In this document: one piece after another, positions 36,895 to 47,388 of the stretch
How the letters are laid out: every line of letters begins with the position of its first letter
Position numbering within the stretch: the stretch's first letter is position 1
Source: Ministeria vibrans ATCC 50519
Taxonomy: Eukaryota > Protista > Filasterea
NCBI GenBank assembly: GCA_943704425.1
Contig: CALSCP010001071.1
Span: forward strand, 1-52,500
DNA length: 52,500 bases
Direction: 5' to 3'
Notes under the pieces: model-generated
The model's database searches: none
Seen by the model: only the letters and a program-made list of their open reading frames with translations
Told to the model about the DNA's origin: nothing
Position numbers and translations under genes: made by a program

Positions 36895-38169
36895 TTAGAG
36901 GATTACACAGGGACTCTTTCCACTACGTCCACTGCCCGAGGTCGACCCGCCAGTAGTCCCCCGTGGGTTCTCCGCCTTTTTTGAGTTTTTCTTTCCGGCG
37001 CCGGGTGTTGGTGCGGGAGGCTAGACATCAAAGCACTGTGTGAGAAGGAAGTCCCCGCAGGATTGGCTACTTGTTCACTTACTGGTGGGTGGAACTTTCG
37101 CACTTGACGGATAATCTCGTGGAAGCAATTTTCAATATTCAATCCAGTCTAAACACACCACCAACGAGAATGACAAGATGTTTTAAAGCAAAAGACAAAA
37201 GCGCACAATTATGTTGAAAATATGTGTACCTTTGCTGATGTTTCAAAATAGGGAATTTTGTGAAGGTCTGTGTATGCCCTAAGCTCATCTTCGGGCACAG
37301 TCCGCTGACCTTCTTCCTCTAGGTCCTGAATATCGAGAAAAAAGAAAAGAAAGGAAAGAAAAAGATGCAGAGTGAGCGGGTTGGTACAATTCATAAAAAT
37401 ATGATCTCATCCTGTTACCTTTTTGTTGCCAATGACGACCATGGGAAAAGACTCGGCGTCTTTGACTCGCAAAATCTTTGTGCGCAAGGCCTGGAGTTCT
37501 TGGAAGCTGCTCTGAGAATTGATGCCACAGACGAGAACAAATCCATCGCCACAGTCGAAAGCAGAGTCTCGGAACGAAGCAAATTCCTCCTGACCCGCTG
37601 TGTCTACAAGTTCTACTTCTTGTTCGTAGTCGTCCACGACAACCTAAGATGACCAAACAGGCACACAGATGGCGAGTGAGCAGAGCGAGCAGGGCAAACG
37701 AGGGAAACAAGAAGGTGTGAAGGAAGTAGTACAACCGAAAAAAAAAAGTCAAAAGGAAAAAAAGACTGAGTGGGTGATGGGCGGACAACCAAGGGGCATG
37801 TACACAAAGAAACAGAGTATATCTTCCTTACCCCTTTCCGGTAGCTTTCTTCGATAGTTGGGTCGTAGTACTGGAGAAAACAGAAAATGTGTAAGTTGGT
37901 GATAGGGCGGTAGAAGACGAACAGGTGGGCGAGCGCTCACGCGTCCGTAGCAACACGCGTACAGGTGTGCACATGTAATGATCAAGACGGGTGTGGGACG
38001 CACTGGGGAAAGGTACAAAAATACAAAAAGGAGGGCAGATACGCAATTGACCGGTATAATCCCCGAGCAAGGGGTCCAAGGGTCAGCAGGGAGGGGACAC
38101 GTGTGTTGTAGGTTGCGGCGAGAGAGTTAGCCTGAAGGGGGGCTGGTTGTTGAGCGAAAGATAAAAAAG

Positions 38170-38210
<41 letters not shown>

Positions 38211-38809
38211 AAAAACCACTGATGTGTGTTGAAACCAAGGGAGGTCTGAGGCGAGAAGAAGTATTGCCAACATGATACGTAGGATAGAGGAGAATAATAG
38301 CAAGGAAAAGAGCGAGGAGAGACAAGAAACGGAACAATCGCGGTGACGTCAAGAGTCTTGGCACAGATCCACGACAGGGGCGGAGAGGGAAAGCAGGCGG
38401 GCGGGTGGACGCAAGTGAATGTGCCGTGTGTGCATAAGGTGCAGGGAGGGGAGAAGATCCAAGTCGATATAGCATGGGTATTTGGCGCAAGGTGAAGCGC
38501 AAACGACGGGGCGTGGCGGTCAAAGGCCAAGGAAACTTTGCCCTTTAAGAGGCTCCCAATACACACAAGGGCCCCCGAGGCAACGAGTCACGCGAGATTC
38601 AGCGCCTCCCAATAACGTTTGGGTTGAATTTATCGTTTGTAGGTTTTTTTTTTTTTTTTTTTTTTTGGAAAACACAAAAAGAGCCAAGTGCACGAAAGAG
38701 AGGCAAAGCGACCACTTACGTCTGCGAATTTGTTCTTGAGAAACCGGATGGTGACGCAGCTCTTTCCTACACCGCCAGAGCCGACGACGCAAATCTTCAT
38801 TTCGGCCAT
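36895..38809 (-). CDS. Ras-family small GTPase with C-terminal CVIL prenylation box (6 exons)
   Basis: GSGGVGKS, YDPTIEESY, DTAGQEE, GNKK-D and ETSAK. The last intron (about 37021-37082) restores GKSPCVIL*. Confidence 0.92.
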
Positions 38810-39136
38810 TGCGAGAGAAACAACTTTTCAGTCACTGGAACCCCGTCAAGCCACTTTGCGAATGAGAAAAACGAATGAAACACTCCCCGAAGCAGTCGTC
38901 GCCAATCAGCAGTGTGCACGCGACAAGAGACGAAAGCGAATGTTTCGAAGGCACGGAGGAAGGGAGAGAAAAAATAATGACTGTTGTAAAAGTAGCTGAA
39001 GATCTTAAGGACTCGACGCGTAGCTTCTGAATTTGCCAAATCTCGTCAGAGATAACCGCATTGAGAGCATTTATAAGTATCTGTTTGATCGTGGCTTGCA
39101 GAAAGTTGCCGGATCTTTGACTTTTCGGTGGTTTTT

Positions 39137-39314
39137 TTTGGCGGGAAGGTGACGTCAGCCGGACTGTATTGTATCATCAAAAGACGGAGGTCACAACGAC
39201 GCGACGCTAATCAAAAGTTTTGGCGAATGTATATAAAACCAGCCGGCAGTCGACAGTCAGACATCACTCACATCAGTGATCAGTGCTGAGTGCTGAGTGC
39301 TGAGTGCTGAGTCA
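39137..39314. promoter_or_regulatory. Motif cluster in the Ras/WDR63 divergent intergenic region
   Basis: TTTGGCGGGAA (E2F-like, 39137), TGACGTCA (CRE, 39150), TATATAAAA (39230) and (AGTGCTG)x4 ending in TGCTGAGTCA (MARE/AP-1-like). Confidence 0.4.
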
Positions 39315-39615
39315 GGCTCGCAGTGCAGTCGTTGACTTGGAGTCGTGTCAGTTATGTGACGCTGTAATGAATCAAGTTAAAAAATGTCGTCTGTCTCCTT
39401 AGTGACTTAGTCTGTAGGCCGTAGTTCTTCAATCTTCGTCAAAAAAGTCCTCACTTCACACTTGACACAATGGGATTGCAAGGTCGGTTATCTTTTACAC
39501 CTTTGGAAGATTCAAGTTTGATCTAATTAATTTCCAATAATAATTATTATTATTAATCATAATCATTCTTTTCCAAGTCGTCTTTTTTTTTTTTTACAAA
39601 GACGAATTCATCTCC

Positions 39616-42600
39616 ATGGCAACAAAAGAAAGCACCGTACAGCCTGGACGGGACACTGGGTTCACTCGAAATACATCGTCGTTGACCACGTCGGCAACCC
39701 TAAAGCAAAAGGAAGTGCGTCACCATGCAGCGTCTTCGGATGCGGGAAGAAACGCTCGAAGAACAGTGCCATCTTTGAAGGGAAGAGGCACGACGGGACG
39801 CGACAAGAAATCCACAGTATCGCGTAGGTCAACCTCTGCGTCAGCGGCCATGGCAACCGCAGTCGCTGCGGCAGTCGAGCACGCCGTAGAGGCCCTGCTT
39901 TGTGACTTGGACAGTCAAGTCGACGAGGAAACAGCGCAAGCGGTTCGCCAAGGCAGCTGCGTCGTACGTCTCTCGGCCGCCGCATGCGCGCAAATTGGTT
40001 GGACCGAGTCCACCGACGACTCTCAATCGCCAATGCTGTCGTTGGCCGCGACGCAAGTGCTTGAGATGTTGAGTGACGCGTCTTCGCCATTCGCACAGAA
40101 TGTCGTCGAGTGCAACGAGGCCGTTGTCTCCTATCTCGACACGCGCGACGCCAACGACAACGCTGCCGGAATTGACGATGATAGCTCTTCAACAAGTCGC
40201 TCGACTGACGGTGCAACGAGCCAACAGCAGACACAGTCGCGGCGTCACGTCTTACTGTTGGTGCGACTGGACCTAGCGTCGCACTGGCCTGGAACTATCA
40301 ACAGAATGGAAGCCACGGGGGCCGAGACAGCAGCGACGGCGACGCCCGTGGAAGAGAGCAACACAGGCACGGCCCCTGCGAAGCGCTTGTCAGTTCCAGC
40401 GTTTCCTCGTGACGATGGCAGCCGTCACTTCCTCGTTTGTACTACTGCGGCGGCGCGCGACTGGCACCAACGACCAGATCCGGTCGAAGAGGCTGCGCGC
40501 CTGGCTTTTGAAGCGCGCGAACAAGAACGGCAACGACTCCTCAAGTATGGCGTGACAACCGCACGTGAATGGAAGTCGTTGGGAAGCGAGACGGAAGTAC
40601 ACGCAGAGATGGTGGTAGACTCACGCGAGCGTGTTCGACGCGTTCTTCAGCGAGCTCGTCGCTCCTTTGGACATCCGGTTCGATTCGACGATCGCAATGC
40701 GTGCGACGGCTACGTCGCCTGTCGAGGCTTTGCAAGCGAGCAATTTGACACAAAGGTGGTCGAACTGAGCGTGGGTGTGCAGGCCGTTGCGACGACACGT
40801 ACACTCGAGTGCCAAACGAACAGTGCGACGCCAGTCGAGATGGGCGTCCAGTATGAGGCACAACAGGAAATGCTGGACGGAGCCGAACTCAACGACGCGC
40901 TTGCAGATTTTTTTCGACGTGTCTTGCCGCGCTTTGACCTTCCCTTGCGACTCAACGCCCTCTTCAATCCGATCGTAGACGAGTTTCAAAAGCTCGCTCA
41001 GACACACACGCAAGAGCTGGCCGGCTCACGCTCGGACTATCTCCTGCACGAACAACAGACTTTTACAGACCTGGTCTACACCAAGGGCCGCTCGGTGACG
41101 TGCGTTCACTGGCACCCAAGCACGCCTGGTGTGGTGGCGGCCGCGACATCGTTGCGTGTGCCTTTTGAGGAACACATTGCACCGAGTGCTGCGTCGCAAC
41201 AACAACAGCACATGGTACTAGTGTGGAGCTTTACGGATCCCATTCATCCCCTACTCATGCTGGAGGCACCTGCCGACATTACGGCGTTTCAGTGGAACCC
41301 TCAACAGCCGCAGTATGCCGTCGCTGGCTGTGCCAATGGCCAACTGGCGCTGTGGGACCTCTCGAAGCACAGCACGCGGCTCGGCATCAACAAGGAGAAT
41401 AATGACGGGTTGTCGGCCGATTGCGCGCGTGACGAGGCACTCCCGCACACATCCACGACCACAACACCAGCTTCTCAGTCGTCGACGATCAACGCCAGCT
41501 CGGTTACCCAGAGCGCAGCTACAATTGCATCGTTGGTAAAGTCTAGGCGCGAACCGACACCTACCGTGTCGGTTCTCGCGCTCTCTGCAGTGGAGACGAG
41601 TCACACAATGGCGGTAAGCGACCTCCAATGGCTTTCGTCGGGTACGCTGATCACCAACACTGGCGAGGTGGTGGACAGCCGAGGTACTACAGCGGACGAC
41701 GCATCGGACGACGCATCGTCTCCCTCATGGCAACTGTTTACGACGGCCGCTGACGGAGTCATCTGCGTGTGGGAAGCGCGAGGTCGCCCGCCCGCCGAAA
41801 GGCATGATCTTGCCTCGCTTCACCTGACCTGGCGACCGTTCCTCCGCGTCCCACTGCACCGTGTCGATGTGCCCGGTCAGTTTGGTGCAACCAAGTTTGT
41901 TTTGCCACTCAGTCTCGCACGCGACACTCTTGACGGACCGCCTTTGACCACCGAGATGCAGACGGAAGACAACAGCAGCAACAGTGGTGGTAATATGCTG
42001 ACACGCGTCCCATCGACTACAAGTGTCACGAGCAATGCGCGCCGTATTGCAGCCGGTCGGATAGTTGAGACAGCCACGACACGCGTGTACGTGGGCACTG
42101 AAGAGGGCGAGCTGGTGTGTTTGCCACTGCGTTTCGAACGGGACGCGCTGACAGGCAAGCCAGCGCCGCCGACCATAGAACACATGTGGCGCCGGACCTC
42201 TACGTCGATAGGGACCGTTCAACGTTCGCCCTTTTTCGACGACGTTGTGCTTTGCAGTGGCTCACGGCGCGTTACCATCTGGCGTGAAGGGCTCTTTTCT
42301 GGTGCCCTATTTGAGTCACCGACAAGCGCAGCTTCGCTCACAGCCTCGGCATGGAGCCCGACGCGGCCCGCTGTATTTTTTGTGGCGCGTGCCGACGGCT
42401 CACTGGAGGTGTGGGACTTGCATGACCGCTCGCACGAGCCAGTGCACATACAGAACGTGACGTCGTCGCCGCTGCGCACCATTGGCGTTGTTGATTGCCA
42501 TCTTGCGCTTGGCGACGACGCTGGTACCCTTCACATTCTAGAGGTACCGTTGAGACTGGCACGAGCCACGATCAACGAGAAAGCCAGCCTTACAAGTTAC

Positions 42601-43069
42601 TTTGAGCGTGAAACTCATCGCGTCCAGTGGGCAGAGGAGCAGGTGTCGGAGCGCGCCGAGGCGCAGCGGGAACATGATAAGGAGCGGCAACAACTGGCGG
42701 TACTTGAGAGTCAAATGGACAAACATGTGGTTGCCGCGCGAACGAAAGAGATGGTCAGCAGCGAGCTGAGCGCTTATGCAGTAAGACTAAAGATAATAAT
42801 AATTACTAATTATTATTGTTAGTATTGTATTATTATTGTATTATTATTGTATTATTATTGTATTATTGTTATATTGTATTATTATTATTATTGTTATTAT
42901 TGTATTATTATTAATAATAATATTATATTGTTATTATTATTGTTATTGTATTATTATTAATATTAATGTTATTGTTATTATTATTAATTTTCGATGACAT
43001 TATTATTTTATTTATTTTGTGTAGGATTTGGAACGGGTTTACCTGGCGGCGCTGGATTGTGACGATTGA
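39616..43069 (+). CDS. DNAI3: Axonemal inner-arm dynein intermediate chain WDR63/DNAI3 (IC140)
   Basis: WKSLGSETEV, GVQAV, FTDLVYTKGRSVTCVHWHP, LVWSFTDPIHPLLMLEAP, GCANGQLALWD, QRSPFFDD, WSPTRPAVFF and GTLHILEVP. Last exon is 43025-43069. Confidence 0.92.
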
Positions 43070-43110
43070 CGGAACATGATTTTTTTTGTACAAGAGAATA
43101 ATAATAATTA

Positions 43111-43761
43111 TTATTGCAGAGCGTATTTGAGCCAAATGCGCGTGCTTAGTTTGTTGCCTGACGGGTTGATCCAAGGTTTATTTTTGCCATTCCAGTGAAG
43201 CAACTTGGCGCGGTTTAACTCTTCGTCACTGAGTCGGTCTCCTTTCCACCTGTACATCGTTTGTTACGGAGTTTGAGGTGCATCGGTCTCGGCAGCCTTT
43301 ATGCCGCGTGTAAGCTCTACCAGACCTGGCGCACNNNNNNNNNNGGGGGAGGGGGGGGTTACTTGCGATTCACTTGTATGCCTTTACCAGCCTAAATGAC
43401 GCACATGCCAGCGGTGTGGAATGTCACCTTGTCGTTGATGGAAGACGATAAGCATGGGGGGCTGCGAGCCACCGCCTCCTGTACCCATTCCGTACACAGG
43501 TTCACTATTCATTTACAATAATAATAATAATTATTATTAGTGTTTTGTGTAAGACGTATGTTTTTAGATTATTCATAATTATGTGATGCTCTTACTGTGT
43601 GTTGAGACGAGTCCAGTAGAGTAGTTGCTCAGTCACGTCGTTTTGACGCCACTTTCGAACATCTCCCACAAGCACACCGGCATTAAAAGAGCATTCCTTC
43701 GGATCAATGTCTACGCCAAAGGAACGGGCAATAATAAAAAACTTAATAATTATAAATTATT

Positions 43762-43792
<31 letters not shown>

Positions 43793-44698
43793 TTTTCTTC
43801 GTTTCTTCTGAATTCTTCTTCTAATTATTGATAGAAATTTTTGTTTTGTTTTTTCTTTGGCCTTACTCAAACGTACAATGGCTGGATGAGAGAAATTTAA
43901 AAATGATCCATAGCTGTTGATGGAACAGTCTTGACGAGCAAGCAACAGTTGGTGAGGATCCATAGGGAGGTGTGCGAGCTCTGCAATGTCGCCTTGCACG
44001 ATAACGTCGGTGTCAACATAGACAAATCGGCTTTGGATTTGCGGCAACAGTTGGGGTACAAAAAAACGTGCGTAGTTCACCTGTGTATGGCGAGAGGTCG
44101 ATGAGCACTCAAGTGAAAGTGAATCAGTGATTTAGACTCTCTTACGGGAGTTGCAAGTTCGTGTCGTCGTCCACGAACGCGAATGACACCTTGAAGCAAA
44201 TGCTAAGCAGACCAATGTTTGACGTGCAATGCAGGAGGATGTCGTACCTCGGGAAAGACGTAAAGGTTCATGTGGATCTGTGTGAAGGCAAAGTGTTTCT
44301 CCTTCTGCAATTGCACTTTTTGCATGGACGCGTCGCTGTCGAGCAGAACATGAAAGTTGACGCTACGGCGTGGGCATGAAGGGATGAGCAAGAACGGATG
44401 AACAAACGCGTGATACGGACGTACCGAGAGGGCGTGGCGCTATTGACAAAGATGGAGTTGATGGTGGCAAGGAGGCCGTGAAGAGAGCGGGAGTCGCTGC
44501 AGAGGACGACGTCGATGGTCCCAGTCCTGTGGGCCGCCGTTGCGCCGCTGTCAGCCGGCAGATGGGTGCTGATGATGGCTATAGAGAGAAGTACCGCGAC
44601 AGCCAGAAGAGAAGTTGTCACTGTAAAAGGGAAATGGTGAGAAAGCCAAAAGATTGCCAGAGTGCGTCCTGACGCTTGATGCAGGGCTGTCGGAGCAT
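43111..44698 (-). CDS. Glycosyltransferase family 8 (GLT8D-like), multi-exon, spans an N gap
   Basis: N-terminal TM, ATINSI, NYARFFVPQL, YVDTDVIVQGDI (DxD), FNAGV, W.V.HLG and LLHWNGKNKPW. Confidence 0.88.
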
Positions 44699-45417
44699 CG
44701 AGAGAACACGCAAGGCCAATGTTGGTTTCCTGTAGACTGCAGTAACGCGCTGGGGCGGTTGATGATTGTAACGTTGAGACAATTTGGGTTTGAAGAAAAG
44801 AGGAAAAGATTAAAGAATTATGAGTAATGATAAAAATAAAATTAATAATAATAATTTAATTTATTGTGGCTGTGTCTTCGCGTGGTGACTGTATCATTAA
44901 TAAATGGGTTGTATTCTTCTTCTTCTTCTAATTATTATTATAATTATTATTATTATTATGGTTTCAGTCCGACAACGCCAACAGCAAGTCAGCAACAGCA
45001 ACAACAACAACAACACTACAACAGTGATCACAGGTTCACAACAACAAGTCAACAACTGTATTTACTACAACAACCTTTACTTCACTAGGATCCCCGATTG
45101 CGCTTGTGCTTTTGTTGTATGAATATAAAAAAAGCTGTTTGATTTATTTTTTCGACACTTCAATTAATGAACTTCAAACACAGACAAACCCCTTGTCATG
45201 CGCCCAAGCGATTCAAGCGGAAAAGCGCCCCCACAATCCAGAACAGACTCCATCAACAGTCCAACACCCACATGCAAGTACAAGCACAAGTCCCTGTCCT
45301 CTCTTTCAACCCGCTCACTTTCACAACGAGACATACCCAACTCCTAACTTGATTGATCAAATTTATTATTGACCACATTTGCCTGGATAAAAATATTGGT
45401 TTATTTGATAAATGCAG

Positions 45418-46563
45418 CTACTTCGTCGGTGCAAACCAAAGACTGGTCTGTGAGTTGACACCAACGCCAACAAGAAGCATGGCACGAGCTACCCCGACGT
45501 TGCGATATGGGGAGAGTGGAACACTTATTTGTGCTGAAGGAAAGCTGAGATTTTGTGTATCTGAAAGAGACGCCCACAAACCCGAGGTCGCATTGTACCT
45601 GAAACCCTTGTTTCCAGCATAAAACGACCAGCCAAAATATGTATCGTCTGAAAAAAAAGCAATACTTCCAGACACACGCGAGGGATAACCAGTCGGTGCT
45701 TGCGTTATATTCCCGGTCACCAAATCAACAACGATCGGAGAAAAGGTATCCTCAGGTACAAAAAAGGTGATCTGGTTGGCGCTTGCATAAGCTGGCCAAG
45801 GTTGAGATGACGGAAACGACGGCAGAAAAGGAAGAGCAGTTGCAAAGTCTTTCACCGACCAGGTCTTGGATGTTGGATTATAGCGCTCGAAGGAGGAAAC
45901 GACAGAGGGTGATCCGTATGCATCGAAGCCACCCACCGCACACAGATCCATTCCACACAAGGCAAGCCCAGCTCGACGGCGACGTCGATGAAGGCTTGCC
46001 TCTGTTCGGAAGGAGTGAGAGACTGGGTCGAACGATAGAGTGGTGTTGACAGCTTGGTTCGACTTCATCCCGCCGACAATCCAAATCCGACTATCGAAGG
46101 CAATTGCTGAGCACTGGATCAAATTCATGGGCATGTCTGCCAGAATGGACCATGTACCCCGCATGTCTGAAGTATTCAATAAATACCGTGCCGTCGAGTT
46201 TCCTTCGAACACATACACAGCGTCGTTGAAGTAGACAGCACACGCCGATGGCAAATTGCCTCCAAACTCAGAAGGAAAATCTGAGATGGGGTGATCTGAC
46301 GGCAGATTGAACGTCGACCAGCGTAAGGCCGATCTCAGTTCAGCTGTTTCAGCGAGAAGCTGCTGAATTATATCTCGTAAGCTGGAGCCATCGAAGACGA
46401 TGTCGTTGTTAATGATGACCGTGTTATTAGATGTCGTTGGCGCAAGAACGAGATCACCATTGTTGTTGAATAGTGAAGTAGCGTTGCCACCCGCAAATAA
46501 AAATGCCACAAGAAGCACAATACAGCAATTATTCGAAATGATAATTGAGGATTTGTTCCCTAT
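45418..46563 (-). CDS. Secreted Kelch beta-propeller protein with a cubilin-NTD-like stalk, intronless
   Basis: Hydrophobic signal, NGDLVLAP..VIIN..DGSSLRDIIQQL coiled coil, and Kelch blades IWIVGG..FDP and LCAVGG..ERYNP..W. Confidence 0.75.
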   Translation of the reverse strand: MGNKSSIIISNNCCIVLLVAFLFAGGNATSLFNNNGDLVLAPTTSNNTVIINNDIVFDGSSLRDIIQQLLAETAELRSALRWSTFNLPSDHPISDFPSEFGGNLPSACAVYFNDAVYVFEGNSTARYLLNTSDMRGTWSILADMPMNLIQCSAIAFDSRIWIVGGMKSNQAVNTTLSFDPVSHSFRTEASLHRRRRRAGLALCGMDLCAVGGFDAYGSPSVVSSFERYNPTSKTWSVKDFATALPFLPSFPSSQPWPAYASANQITFFVPEDTFSPIVVDLVTGNITQAPTGYPSRVSGSIAFFSDDTYFGWSFYAGNKGFRYNATSGLWASLSDTQNLSFPSAQISVPLSPYRNVGVARAMLLVGVGVNSQTSLWFAPTK

Positions 46564-46958
46564 CATATCCAGCCTGGGGAAGTAAAAACATAATCATATC
46601 GGTATGTTAATTAAATTCTTACGACAGGTTGTCAGTCTAAATAACTCAATACAAAGACCCCATCACTTTAACCCCGCCAGCACGTGGAAATGCCAGGGGG
46701 AGAGGGTTCTTTGCGATTGGGCGTTGGCATTCCCCCAGTTCGTTCGAACAGGGTTGTTCGAAGGTTCTTCCCCACTGGCTGAGATATTTTATCAAAGTTT
46801 GTTTAGATAGTTTAGCTCCCGCCCTCCCTATATATCGCCAATCACCGCAAACGGATGCACGGCTATTGCACGCAACACGCGTGTACCATCGTGATACAGC
46901 ACGCGGAAATTAGAAAAATGGACGATTCTATTCTCATTAACATTATCCACGAAAGCAT

Positions 46959-47172
46959 CAATCCCGCGCATGCGCGCCACCACCGACCCCCGAAAACAAA
47001 CACACCTTTGACACCTAACCCCCTGATACATATGTGACTGACTACAAGCGTTGCGATTTCACAGAAGAGCGTTTTTTTTTTCCAATTTTCAACATTAAAA
47101 TTTAATATTGTTTGAGGTCATGAGACCGTAGATCCTCAACAATCCCGCGCATGCGCGCCATCACCGACCCCC
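46959..47172. promoter_or_regulatory. Duplicated 33-bp block containing the palindrome CGCGCATGCGCG (NRF1-type), copies 181 bp apart
   Basis: caatcccgcgcatgcgcgcca(c/t)caccgaccccc at 46959 and 47140. Confidence 0.6.
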
Positions 47173-47388
47173 ACAAACTGGCATACATGACGCCCTGGTA
47201 TGTATGTAGCTTACTATGATGGTTGAGTAGCGTGTGAATTCACAAAGCAAGTGAAAGAAAAACCTGAAGAAGAAGAAGAAGTTCAGAAGGACTTCAGAAT
47301 CCGTTCTTCACAGTCCAAGCTAGGTTTTTTATTTGAGATCACTCAGTAACTACAAAAAAAAACTTCTGTCCCGTAAATCCCGTTGAAA

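Noticed and set aside
36895-37142. Ras apparently lacking a CaaX box
   Set aside because: An intron shifts the frame and gives CVIL*.
39608-39623. RFX X-box (ccatggcaac) at the WDR63 start
   Set aside because: Only one half-site matches and it overlaps the coding ATG.
47013-47022. CCTAACCC as a telomerase RNA template
   Set aside because: Only 8 nt, expected by chance, with no supporting structure seen.
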